A DNA stretch of 64,000 bases, taken from positions 1,353,249 through 1,417,248 of the forward strand of contig BDGG01000005.1 in NCBI GenBank assembly GCA_001949185.1, in the 5' to 3' direction. A program made the translations under genes and the position numbers. Shown here piece after piece: positions 26,503 to 39,073 of this stretch (position 1 is its first letter; the number at the start of each line of letters is the position of its first letter). The DNA comes from Ramazzottius varieornatus (Eukaryota > Animalia > Tardigrada). The notes under the pieces were generated by a model. It worked only from the letters and a program-made list of their open reading frames with translations. It made no database searches and had not been told where the DNA came from.

Positions 26503-27023
26503 TATGTGTAACAGACTGTCACTTTAATGTCCATTCCCGAAGATAAGACGCAAAATCCGGTACTGAGTAACTCCCAAAACACATAGGGAACGTTCCGAAG
26601 GGTAGACAGTGATAGAGAGAAGCGCAAAGAGCCCATGCAGCGAAGCAATTCTGAATAATAGCGAAATCTCTACCAACGTCAGGATCAGCCGATCACCTGA
26701 TCCGGCACGGAGTATTAGGATAAAGTGATACTAGACTGCTTCAGTTCAGCTGGGTATCGGAATTCCCCGGGGCACGATCTAGCTCTCTGCTGGTCACAAC
26801 TTCTTTCGCTTTTTCTGGTTTTGGAAGAGAGCTGTCTTTTCCTCACTTTAATGCTGGTTTAGGTCCAGAATTAGATGGACTTGCATGAAGACACAAGAAC
26901 GTAATTCAAGTGGCACAATGTGGTGAGCGCATGTCGCTCGGATCACTTGGCGCGCCAGGTCCACTTAGCTGATTGGTCTGATCACGCTTCGCTCCACCAA
27001 AATCTAAAATTTCAACCAAAACA

Positions 27024-27500
27024 GCAGTGCTGAACAAGGAACCGGTATTACCCGGTAATACCTGTATTAAGTACTGATACTTGTACTCTAACCGGTACCG
27101 GTGGCCGATTCTTGTTCCCTATTGGAGATACTTCAGGTGTTTACCCGGTACTACCGGGCACGAGAAGTCGAAAGTACTGGCGGAAAGTATAACCAAAGTA
27201 CCAGGTTCTACGGTTAGAAAGCCATAAAAGCATTTCTGTCTGGCTGCGCCGGTTCGGACTGTTCCGCCAAGCTGTAAGGGCCATATTTACAGTACGCAAC
27301 GTAAGCTACCATGTGATCGGAATTCATCGTAACGGGCGTCAACTCAAAACACCTGCGAGATTTACGCCACATAGAAACTTCGGGCCGTTTCGAGCACTAG
27401 TACCGCCACAGTACCGGCGCCGGTAACACCTATGAAGCAGTATACTTTACCGCTACGTTGCCGGCGAGGGAGGCTGAAATACTTACTTTACCTACTCGTA
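27024..27500. repeat. Region rich in ACCGGTA/TACCGG motifs, probable hAT-like non-autonomous remnant
   Basis: Many dispersed TACCGG/CCGGTA/GTAC motifs. No TSD resolved. Confidence 0.35.
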
Positions 27501-27906
27501 CGAAAATGAGGCTAACGATTTCAAAAGAGTGTCAAAAAGAGGGCAGATGGAACTATGCGTAACAGATTAGAAAGAGGTAAGAAACAGGGTGGGTCTACAG
27601 CGGTGCCACCGTCTCCATTGAAATTCTTCTCGAAAAAATCCTTCGAAGAAAAATTCTTAGGATTTTGGTAAGTGGCTCTTTTGGCTTAGTGGTCCACTCA
27701 TCTAGAGAATTCACTAGTTTTCCATTTCAGCTGTTGTTTGATTACCTGATGCGCGGGGTTTGCCCTACCGGCGGCTGAATGTTCAAACCTAACCGAAGCT
27801 CAAGCTTTTTTCCAGATTTCCCGTTGTTTTGCGCGTTCTGGTGGGCTCTCAGCTTTTATTGGAAAGAGCTGGCGTGAGCCAGTAGCAGCCCAACGTGTGC
27901 GAAGCG

Positions 27907-27994
27907 CGGACTTTCTCGGTGAGATCCAATCGCTTCCGGTAATAAGAGACGGATCGTTTTACCGGAAGCGATTGGATCTCACCGAGAAAGTCCG
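27907..27994. repeat. Perfect 36-bp inverted repeat with a 16-nt loop (intronic hairpin)
   Basis: CGGACTTTCTCGGTGAGATCCAATCGCTTCCGGTAA (27907-27942) and its exact reverse complement (27959-27994). Confidence 0.9.
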
Positions 27995-28396
27995 TATTTG
28001 AACGATCCGTATTTGAAAGAGGAAGAGCTGCTAGCCCAATCTCCTTCGCGGCTCTTTCACCGCTCCCACAGATATCTATCAGAGGAGCTGTTTTCGTACG
28101 AGCGAATATTGAAAGCCGGTACTCGTTCAGCACTACCAGTAAGCGGGGGCAAGTGGCAACGAAGGTTGGGATCCTCAACAAAGTTTTGGTTTGCCGTCTT
28201 TCTGTAGCCACTGGCTACGATAGGACGGCCCTTGGCTATCGCAACCAATGCTTACACTTGCAGTTGTTGGTTCACAGGAATCTAAAACGCTAGTTCTGCC
28301 GAGCCCGAATACGGCCAAATGGTAGAATTCAAAGCCTGTGTACGTTTGCTCTGATTTATTGTGCAAATGATATATTCAACTAATTACCCGTTTCAG

Positions 28397-29164
28397 GAAT
28401 GGAGCTCCCCGAGCTTGAGAAACAAAGCTGGGGACCTCATTGTGGGACCAATTCCATACAACTACAGTCCAACGAAAGTCCAGTCGAACTGCTTGGGTCT
28501 TTCAAGAATATATAACGTCAACCCTACTATGCTCTTTGCTCCGGCTAACGTCAGCTTCTGGAAAGACAGTCTTGCTTACATTAATGAACAGAACACTAGT
28601 GCAAAAACGGAAAACTGCAACTGCACATTGAACGTAGGTCGGAGATGCAGCTATGAGTGCATCGATCGGGCAGTGTATATACCCTATCCCGGCGATCATA
28701 TCTTCAAATTCCATCTACAAAGATTTGGGGAATACCTCATTGATCTACAAGACGACATCCCGTTGCATGTGGCCGAGTTAAATGGAAGGGATGACTTTAG
28801 CCTGACCACGCCTGGGAAGGAGCTAACGACTTTGTTTTCCTTTCTGCAAAGCTTTCCACGATATCGTAACGTCAGATTTGCTGCGCCTAACTCTACCATC
28901 CGATTTAAAGGAACAGGGTTATTTCACTTCTCTGTACAGATTCTCGACGGTTACAGCTACTGCGATACAGCAGCTACGGTTCTCCTGTGGTTGTACACGG
29001 CAAACTTGCCATACCCTATGGGACAGGTGTGCTTTTCGGGGATGACGTTGATATTAGCTGTGTGGCTTTTTGCAGGCGGTCAAGCTGCTGCCAAGAAGAC
29101 CCTACTTGACTACAAGTCGGCTTCCGAACGGAGAACTCAAGATCGTGCACCGATAACGATCTAA
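28397..29164 (+). CDS. CATSPERB: CatSper-beta homologue, exon 2 (C-terminal domain, single TM helix, short tail)
   Basis: Phase-0 acceptor TTTCAG|GAATGG. PIPYNYSP, ENCNCT, VAELNGR, FKGTGLFHFSVQILDGYSYC and LPYP+TM match the recalled CATSPERB motifs LPINYRPP, EECNCT, VTEVNMR, IKGSELFHFRVTVISGVTFC, LPFP+TM. Stop at 29162-29164. Confidence 0.85.
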   Translation, partial: EWSSPSLRNKAGDLIVGPIPYNYSPTKVQSNCLGLSRIYNVNPTMLFAPANVSFWKDSLAYINEQNTSAKTENCNCTLNVGRRCSYECIDRAVYIPYPGDHIFKFHLQRFGEYLIDLQDDIPLHVAELNGRDDFSLTTPGKELTTLFSFLQSFPRYRNVRFAAPNSTIRFKGTGLFHFSVQILDGYSYCDTAATVLLWLYTANLPYPMGQVCFSGMTLILAVWLFAGGQAAAKKTLLDYKSASERRTQDRAPITI

Positions 29165-29215
29165 GCATTCGAAAAAGTTTAGCTGTCTGTGTGGATCAAT
29201 TAACTGTACAGTATG

Positions 29216-29221
29216 AATAAA
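29216..29221 (+). promoter_or_regulatory. Putative polyadenylation signal of the CatSper-beta gene
   Basis: AATAAA about 50 nt after the stop codon. Confidence 0.55.
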
Positions 29222-30539
29222 AATTTGCAGAATGCACGAAGTTTTATCTTGCAGCGCACAACCCGGCAGCCTAGTCTGTGAGCGAACAATGTTCAGAAAA
29301 ATTATCGAGCAAGCGTCCTCATGGTTGCACCTTGAAGGCAAAGTCGAGCCAAAAACATACTCCAGCGAGGCAAGCTTCGAGGAGAAATGGGCCAGATCGA
29401 GACCGAAGCGTAGAAGGGCAGATCTATATTTCCGACATCAGACGATGTAGCCGGCGCAGTTCAAGAAGGAGGGCAGTTTCACCGTGAGAGGGGTCCACGC
29501 GAGTTATTTTTGAGAATCAATTTGGCAAGCCATACGGTCTGCCACTCCCTTTCAGGTAGTAGGAGTGAACGCTTAATATTTGATGGCGAAAGCCTGCCAC
29601 CTGCATTCCTGTCTAAATGGCCTAGTAACATTATCTTCTTTTTGTTCGACATTCCTGACTTCGACCTTCGTGACTGAAACCGGCTGCTCTCCATCTTCTG
29701 GGTTGTAGTAGTATCCCCTCTTAGATTTTAATGTCCTTGGGAGCTCTGCGGCAAGCGTTACAAGCAAACAACGTGCAGTAATCAGCCCGGTCCAAAGTTC
29801 ACAGACAACAACCATCCACCATTTATAAAAAGTTTTATAACTTGATAACCATCCATCAGATCACTCTGAACTTTGGAAAAAATTGTGTGCCACCGGCATG
29901 ATACCCTGCGGCTGAGAATGTTGTATGCTTAATATGTCGGATTAGAGTTTTGGATGCTCAGTATGTCCGAAAAGGTTTTGGAAATGGCGGAGTTCTTCCG
30001 CTGACAATGTGGAAGAATTCTGCCACAACAAGGAAGCCTTGGATCATGATTACTAGGGTATCAAGGAACAGTAACGGTCTTGCGGTTGTCGTAAACTTCA
30101 ATTGTACACCTTCCGGCGTAAATTGCCTTTTAGGCCTAACCCAGACCTCGCTACTGTGCAACGAAAACAACTGGAGTTGGGATACGTAGAGGTAGCGCAA
30201 CGCGCGGACTGTCGTAAGGTAGCCAATCCAGCCTTCACTCACCTGGTAGCCAATCCTACGGTCCACCGCGCTGACCCCCAAGCACCCAACATCGAGCGAC
30301 GGACCCCGAACGCCCTCGCCAAACAAATCGCTAGACAAATAGAACGGCTCTTTAAGAAACAAGTGGTACGCGTTCAGAAACATCGTTCAGTACACTTACA
30401 TGAGCGACGAAGACTATCAAACTAAATCGGCGTGGAGGGCCCACAGAGAAACGTCAGTTTGCTCATCGAAGTCTTGAATATCGGACGTGCAGGTGTCAAC
30501 CAAACTAGGACTGGAATCTTCAAGGCTGGGCCGAAGGAC

Positions 30540-31760
30540 TTCTAATTGCAGCGTCAATGCTTGGGGGTAACATCAGCTTGAGGTACTAGTTCGTGGAACC
30601 GTGATAAATAAAGAACCGTGATAAAAGTGTCGAATGCATTTCATCACTCCCTTGTGGGCAGAAGATTGCTCTTTCCATGAAAAGACAACCGATTAATTGT
30701 CGGAATGGAAAGTAATGCGCTTGCCGGACCATGCACTACCCCATAGAAAACAGGCGAACAGGACAGGGACCATTTCCGTCCATGCAATGGGCGGATTCAG
30801 AGATGTAACCCAAGTGGGCCAAAGAATTTGGAACCACTTTCCGGCCCAAAACCCACCACGTCCAATAGATCCCGCTGCGTCTGTGTACAGGTCGAGGCTC
30901 TGTGCTTCTGTCCAGTAAAGTTCCAGGAAGGAAGCTTTTCCATTCCAGAGAGGGAGAAAGTTTTTCCACCAACGGAGATCATCGAAAAAACCAGGACTAA
31001 GTTTTAGAGAATGGTCTAGGCGTCGCGATTTCATTGCGATGTCGACAACACGGCGCATAAAAATTCGCCCTGCTGGAATGCACTTGGTGCACCAGCTAGG
31101 TTTGCCGGCAAGGCTAAAAATTTCACGTTTCGTATCTTTCCTGCGATTGTCAAAGGTAGACAAACACTCATTGAGTTCTTGGACTTTCCCGTCGGGAACG
31201 GATAGTGTAAGATTAACGGTGTCTAGCGTGACGCCCAGGAAGTCGAGCTTGGTGGTTGGGTTATCAGTCTTTTCTGGGACCAAAGGTAACCCCAGATCCG
31301 CACAAATCGCTTTCATGTAGGCAAGCATTTCATCGCATTGGGCGGAATTCGGAAGGCCAACAAACAGGAAGTCATCCATGTAATGGAGGGCGGAGGTATA
31401 GCTAGCCTCATAAGTAACCAGATAAGAATTTGTGATAACTGGTTGAAGAGTGCGGGCGAAGAGCGAAGTCCAAAAGGTTAGACTTGGTCAAAGTAGTATT
31501 TTCCGTTGAGGAAGAAGCATAGGTAGTGCCAATCTGATGGATGGACAGGTATGAGCCGGAAAGCGCAGACTATGTCGGTTTTGGATAGTAGGCAACCGCG
31601 ACCGGCTTTGATAATGAGGGAGATGGCGTCATCGACCGAACAGTAGCGTAAGTTTTAATGGTCCTTATTGATAAAATCGTTGACAGAAAAATCAAATGGG
31701 CGGGAAAGGTCCATGATTGAACGTCCGCCTCCGTTCTTCTTGAGTTTTGATTTTCCAAAA
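30540..31760 (-). mobile_element. DIRS/Ngaro-type retroelement fragment (RT + RNase H), decayed
   Basis: AFRLIPVHPSDWHYL, PFGLRSSPALF, HYMDDFLF, FLGVTLDT, LYTDAAGSIG..WF..W, FHSDN, LSRFHELVPQAD. Confidence 0.88.
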
Positions 31761-33730
31761 CTCTTGCTCTGGTTTCTCCACATATCGTGATTTTCTTTCG
31801 TCTTTTGCTAAAAGGAACAACTCCGCCGTAGCCCGACACCTTCACCGGGTCATTCTGAATCTCGGTCGCGAAGAAGCAACCTTCAGTAGTCCCTTCCCGC
31901 CAGCGAGCAGCCTCACTCTTCTCTCACCGTTCCCCCGTTACGCCACGACCTGTTACAGCTCCCCACGTTGACCCGGCCTTCGATCCGGAAAAGATTGCTT
32001 TGGCCGTTGAAAACAACCTACTGCATGAACACTACGATAAACTTTCATCCCAGCGCCTAAAGCAACATTTCGGCGACGAGGATTACGCTAATGGCGAGTA
32101 CGACTCTCCAAGCCACAAGAAGGTTCGCTTAATCTTGCGACCGAAAACTTTCCGTTTTCCAAAAGTCAGTGAACCTCTACTACGGCTGCTTGCTGATCGA
32201 TTCGCCTTCGTCCCTTTCCATTTCCTACTTACTGGATCGCGTAACCTCAGCGTAGTCTTCGGCTCGAAGATGGCGGCACTCAAGAAGTCATCTTCCACAT
32301 TAGATATCTCGACTTTTAAAAAAAAAGAGTTTGAAGACATTGAATGTTTTGGTTTCCTGAAATAACGATAATATTCTTTTGACAAACGCACGGCGTCACG
32401 TTTCAGCAAAAAAGTAGAAGAGACGGGTAACGGGGTTCTACTACTCTCATCTGACGTCAATTTCGAAAAGTGTTCGCCAGACCAATTTTTACTAAAACAT
32501 GTTGAAAGCGTGTATGTTGCACCAAAATAAGTTGTAAAACGAGAAACCAAGAGGGATATAACCAAGCCCCAGGACGTGAAATCTTTTTAGGGGGAAAGTT
32601 TAAACGAAGCGACAGTCTGGCTGAACTGGGCTGTATGATGCGTCAATTATGTCAATTATAGCAACAAACGTCACTTCGTGACACTACTTGTACAGTCAGG
32701 CGAGTTATGGTGTTTCGGTGTAGTTAATCTGATGCGTACGTTCGTATTTCGTAACATACTGGCTCAACCCGAATCTCGGCGTGAGTAAACCCTACATCCG
32801 CTTTAATCATTACAACGTCATTGAGCCCCCTGCTGAGCCTACGGTATTTCAACTGTGCCCACTACGCCAACTGCACGGCTGCGCTGAACCAGCCTGCATT
32901 CTATCCCAGTGTGCCTCCGACGCCATCGTGCAACCATCGTCGGAAGGCCCATTTCACTTCGCCTGTGTAACGTACATCGATTTTTTCCACCCTAATTTAT
33001 CTATAGTCCAGTCGCTCGAAATGTCTACAGAAGTTTTCGGTTTCAGTCTCAGGCCTACTAAACCTTCAGCATACAGCATGCTAGGCGAAGGTCCGAAACT
33101 AGATCACACATACGTTACACCGTGCTTGACTGGTGAAATCAAGTAATCAAAGCGCCCATTCCCGTCTGTGTGGGCATGACGAGCAGAATCGTTAGCTTGG
33201 TATGATTTTCGTGTTTAGAAATTGGAGAATTTTACACATATCTCGAGCGACCGGACTGTACTATGTTCTTTGGACACCGTGCTGCTGCTCCTCTATGGGC
33301 GGGCATCAGGGCAAGGATCCAGTTCCTAGTTTGACGGGTATTTCTGGCAAGTTCTGACATTTGCTTGATATCATGTCACGCATTGCATGATATAAGGGCT
33401 CTCAAAGTCAAGTTCGCAGGCGCGCATTTCTTTCCCGTTCGCCATTTAGCTTGATACCATGACACGATATGAAGCAAACCTTGTAGATTTTCCTCTGACC
33501 ACGTGACACGAGGAACACGTGGTCAGGAAGTACAAAGTGTGCTCTAGATGGTGGTGGTTAAATTATTGTATTGGGACAAGGGATCGCAAGACACAAGCAA
33601 GTTAACGAAGGTCATGGGGGTGGTGATGACCCATGAGCGTGACTGTACATACCCTACGCTCGTAGGTCATCACGGTTGCCATTATCAATATCGCCCTACG
33701 GTGGCGATGTACCCACAGCCACCGGTATGT

Positions 33731-34760
33731 TAGTGTCGTATTCGGTTCTGAAACGAACAGAATTATTTAAGGTTCAGTTCTAGTTGCAAGACCAGACTGA
33801 GTTAGCATAATTATCAGTTAGTCGAACTGGATCTGAAATAGTACAGACTAGATAGAAATCACGGAGACTAATTCCGTAGGTCTATCATATTGAAACTGGT
33901 AAAGCGGGATTGAAACTGAAATCAAACAGACCAAGACGAAGTCTGCGGGACTTACACTAGGGTGCCCGCGACGAAAACTGACTTAGACAAAACAGAACTC
34001 CAGATAGACTGAAAAAACTGAGACTGACATACTGTAAATCACTACGAGGGAGACGTCATAATTCGGGCATAGCTGTTTGTGGAACGTAATCCGGGTAACT
34101 CATATCTCAGCACCTGGCATATCTACCCACCTTCTTTAAGTTTTTTAAGACAGAAGAACCACTCTCCTAAAGCTTTCAACCGGTTTAAGGGAGCAGAATG
34201 GCTACAAGTTCGAGAAATCGACTTCGGCGAGGAGAGGGGTATGCGCAATGTTAAAAAGCCTAAAGTTGTACGAACTGGCGTACAATGAACAATCAAGGTA
34301 GTGTAGACTGCAATGCTTGAACTTTTTGCATAACCCGAATTTTGTCCGGAAAATGGGTAAGCCCGAATCATGTCCTTTACCTCGTACATTCAGTTTCTGA
34401 AACAGAAAATAATTTCTCTTGCGTGAAACATCACTTTAAAATTCATTCTAAAATATGGATTTGTGCTCAGAAGTCCGACCAGCCGTGTGCACATCAATGA
34501 GATCACTTTGCAAGCTTCCCGCTTGTTTCCTTTCATTCCAGTTGTCTTTGATTTTCCCATCACTTGACCACGAAAGATTTATCAGTAAGAACGAAATATC
34601 CAGTATGAGGACCGAAGACTTCAGACTGAAACTAAAATGATCCAAGAGTAGGTTTCAGTCTTGAGACTGAAACTACGTGTCGAGAGACCTAATTGTTTTC
34701 ATACAGACTGGAATCGACATATTGAGCGACTGAATCATATCAGTCTCGGTCGAAGTTTTG
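33731..34760. repeat. Probable non-autonomous DNA element with AGACTG(A) subterminal repeats
   Basis: Clusters of AGACTGA/CAGTCT motifs on both sides of a nested MITE. Termini not resolved. Confidence 0.4.
34045..34384. mobile_element. mariner-type MITE (TA|CGAGG termini)
   Basis: Degenerate TIRs TACGAGG..CAT.ATTCGGGC / GCCCGAATCATGTCCTTTACCTCGTA. Related sequence at ~57223-57450. Confidence 0.65.
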
Positions 34761-37700
34761 TGGCTGCAGCCGTTGTGGGTGACGAACGTTGGCGGTGGTT
34801 GTCGAGTGCGAATCACTGTTTGTTTTCGTACACATGCTGTTGTTTATGGAAGGCGTTACCTCCGACTCATGTAGGTGCCTGTCCTCTACAGATCAGATAT
34901 GCTTGTCAAAACAGGCAAACGTTTAAACGGAACAGCTGATCTCACGGCTGACCAAAATCTTCAATCAATTAATAATCAATCGCGAGATGCGCTTACATTT
35001 GATAATTTTGGCATATTGGTGTAGTGGGCTGGCTGTTCGACTAATAGCCGAGAGGTCGGGGGTTTATCCTCGGCGGTCGCGTATTTTCCAAAAGTAAAAA
35101 CACGAGAGCGACAAGTAGACTGCAGGTACCGCGCGGGTACTGTGCGGGTAGAGGTTTTCCTGACCCATAGATCATTGCACATGAGCTACAGTGGGCAGGT
35201 TACGGTCCTACGCGCTCAGTTCGTTACGTCACGATCAGCTAATCGGTGAACCATGGTAGTAATGTGGCAGTGCCACTCATCAACCGTACACCGCACAGTC
35301 GGCTGGCAAGACGCAGCGATCAGCCAGAATTTAGATTCGACGAAATACAACCTGCCCACTGTAGCTCATGTGCCGTAACCAATGGGCCAGGAAAACCTCT
35401 GTGTGCGGGTATGGAGCCCGGCTTTAAATTCAACCTACACAACATAGCAAGACAGCACCCTGCAGGCACCCACACCATACGGTAACCTTAGGGTCGCAAT
35501 ATCGGAGCCTTCTGGTGGCCATACGCAAAAACACGACGCTTCCAACCGGGAGACCTTTGTGGCTACCAAGCTCACATAACTTCATGAACCTGGAGTAAAA
35601 AGGCGTGAACCAATCTGTCATCGACTCTGACTTACACCTCAGATGACAGCTTCTGCGGGAAACCATTTTCTTGTTCGCTACAGCTGAAATAAGCTGGACA
35701 GACTGCCTTGTGAAGAGTTTTGCTGCATTCTCAGCCATGATCTGGGTACGCCCGAGTCGATGGAGAACTTTCGTACGACTTTTTGTTCCAGGCTCTCGTC
35801 TGACCTCCACGAACGTATGCAACAGTTACCACCCGTACACGGAAACAGTACGAAACAATATATCCGCTGTCACGAGTCATCGCCACCCTATGGTTTTCAT
35901 TCTTTTCATTGTATCTTTTGATCCAGTGGTCCGATTTTAGAAGTGCGAACGCCATCTTTTAGACAACACTCCAGACTTTCGAACCACGTGATAGACTAGT
36001 CTCTACTTCAATCAATCAACCGGCTAGCACTGGTAGCTTGGGCCAGGAAATGAGAGTCGTTTTTGGCTGCCTGTCACGTGACTAGCGTACGTGAAAGCCT
36101 AAAAGGCCGGAATACAGCAAAAACATTGCTCTATCAGCTAAAAAGAAAGGCATCGGCAGCAAAAATTTCTTGGAAAAATTTTCCATATGAGTTCTGCAAA
36201 CCACTTTTTCGAATAAGATTAGTTCGCATATTCTTATCTGCCCCATTGGTGAAACCAATACGATACCATGGGGATTGTTCGAAAGAGCAAACACTACATA
36301 GTCGAAGGACACCAGTCTCACGCATTTTGAATGGAAACGGAATGTACTCAAGCTGAAACGATTTTGTTCGAAAAATATGTGGCAAAATGGGCCATAGAAC
36401 CAATATGGGAAAATTTTCTGAAAATTTTTTGCTGGAGATCTCTTTCACAGCTGGGTTTCAGGGACTAGCAGGGAGTGGGGCGCACCGATAAGTTATGGTG
36501 GAAAATCTCTGGTGCGGCACATCCTTATGTGAGATTTTCCCAAAAAGCTATGCCATTCTACCCGCTCGAGCAATCAATGCTGCGGGACTGTGCAGGATAT
36601 ATGGACACTGAGAATATTGAGGAAGGTTCTTGCGTTGGTTTGCGCTGTATGTTGCTGCAACGAGTGGCGTACGCGGAAAGGCAGGATGACGAGGTGGTGT
36701 TAAGTGTACGATGTAAGACGTTTGTTGACAGCCAATGAGAGCCGTGTGGGCTTAGTAGGGGCGGTGAAATTTTCAGTGATAGATGGAGGAAAGAGAAGGA
36801 CATAAGGTCTGTCAGGTCAGTTGCTTCGATGGAAGTTGTTTTGCGAAAGTGGACTGTACGCTTGGCCGACTTCGGATTGGATTGCGCAGTATGGTTTTGA
36901 TAAATAAGCCGGAACGAATGGCTGTCAGAAAGAAGGAGATAAGGATCTACAGGAATGGGCGAAAAAATTGATCAGGGATCAGAGTACAGAGAGGAGATAA
37001 GAATCTAACTGCGCCACAATCACTGAGCCAACCTTCTGACTGAGCTTGGAGAGACTTAATGGAAAGTTCTCGTGAGAATGGAGCCACGGCGACGCAGCTT
37101 TCACTTTGCTTGTTTTCCGTTGCCTGTGCCGTGGACGACGGCTTACACAGCTTGTCTTAATGTACGCGCTGAAGGCGTTTATTCCCATTGCGCTGCTGCT
37201 AGTGTCACACTTTTGATGTGCCTGTGGGAAGTATCCTGTTGTTTGGACAGGAATCATGCCCACGGCAATTCGCAAATTCGCTGAAATCGCTCCGCAATAT
37301 CCGCGAAATCAGAAAGAGATAACTTGGCTCATTAAGTCTAGTATCTTTCCGCTGTGATGTTTGATCCCGTTTCTACTGACACGACTGCGTTCATCCAGTG
37401 CGTTGGTTTACGCTTTCTGAAGAACTATGACTACTATACGGCATCCGCAAAATTAGCAGACTCGTGAAATATGACTCTGCAGGACTGAATTGCCAGATCG
37501 AAGAATAACCGCCTCCATCTTACCTAGCTCTGCGTAGAAAATAGTTAGCAACCAGCCGCAAAAAGCTCCTTGATTACTATTCGGCAAGTTAGTACATAGT
37601 GTCATAGTGACACAATAAGTTGGCTCCCACGAACTGCCAGCTTTCCGTTTTCTATTGACCTCCACTACTTAATAGACCATTGACCATTCACCTTTCAGCC

Positions 37701-38550
37701 GATGGCTGCACAGACAATGCCATCGTGCATCGCTGCCATTTTCCTGATTTGTGTATCTGCGTCGAAGAACCGAACCAGACATGCGCCATTTGATCTGCTC
37801 CTCTCTGTCAAGTTTGTCATTATTGCTGTCCTATCTTGATTCACACTACGATAAAGCTGCTTCAGTCTGGTGTCTGACTGACAACACATTCAACTCAACC
37901 ACACATGACGCTTACTCGCTCATCTTTATCTCCTGCGATTCTAGACGCTGGTTTGAGGTGCAATGATGATAAGGAAGTTTCAAGCTGCGAATCCGTAAAC
38001 CTTGGTAGAGAACCATATCTAAGAAGGAAGAAATATGATCTGAGTGAGTCGCCACGAATGAGCCAAAGCTTTGCTAAGCCTTTTGTGGGCCGGTTACAAC
38101 CAAATGCGTAAAAACTTTTGATTAATCAGCCAACTTGCCCAGGATAATGTTTCGTTCTGCGGATAGCACAAGATCATTGTTCTTTGCTTTCACAAGGAAA
38201 AGTGAAGAATGGCTTCAAATTCGAACAATTGTATGAGATGGATGTAAAGAGCAGGTCCGCAAATTGGGAAGCTTCCCAATTTGCCGATCAATCAAAAATC
38301 AAGCCACGGTTGATTGAAACCGCTAATATCACATGTCAAGTTACATCATATAACATGACAGATCACGCCTCTCGAAGCATGACATGTCACATGTCATGAC
38401 CAAAAACACCGGGAAATAAAAAAACGGGAAAAATCAGGGGACGGTCTACAATAACGTCCGATTTTCCAGGTATTGCTTCGCACCCTGCCAGTCCCGGTGA
38501 ATTCGATAGAATTCGCCGCGCTGTCAAGTGATGTTTGATTCACACACATA

Positions 38551-39073
38551 CGAGGTAAAAGACATGGAGTTTTCCAGTGGAAACTTTGGACATGGAAATT
38601 TCCAAACTGCGGTGTAGGGTGGCACCACAATATCTGACTGTATCACGTGACGTCTCACAGACTGGAATGTGCAACCGGAATCGGAATCGACCTGCTTTAC
38701 ATGCGTTGGAAATGCGTCAGAGGCTTTGTAGAGCATCCATTAGTTACTTATGTTATCTTAGGAGTTGACCAGAACGGAGGTGTGACGTCTTGGCATAAGT
38801 CTCCGTAAAAGACTACACAAGCGCCTCTTCAGGCCTACGTTTTATTTCTTGTCCAGGCTCTTTAACATTGGATTTTATCCTGTCTCCTGCAGACCTTCCT
38901 TTCTCACCTTTGCACCGTCAAATGACTCGGAAGACGGCTTGGCTATGATCAGAAAGACTTTCCCTATTGACTGACTTACCGTACGACGCAATCTGACCAG
39001 CAGCTACGTTAAAACAACCTGGAAATTTTCGTGTCCGAAATTCTCACTGGAAAGCTCCATGTCCTTTACCTCG
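38551..39073. mobile_element. 523-bp mariner-type MITE
   Basis: TA-flanked ~53-bp TIRs CGAGGTAAAAGACATGGAG.TTTCCAGTG / CACTGGAAAGCTCCATGTCCTTTACCTCG. Confidence 0.85.

Noticed and set aside
29958-30383. Minus-strand ORF downstream of the DIRS RNase H as a candidate tyrosine recombinase
   Set aside because: Only vague similarity (DLFGEG, VRALRYL). The catalytic R..HxxR..Y motifs are not present.
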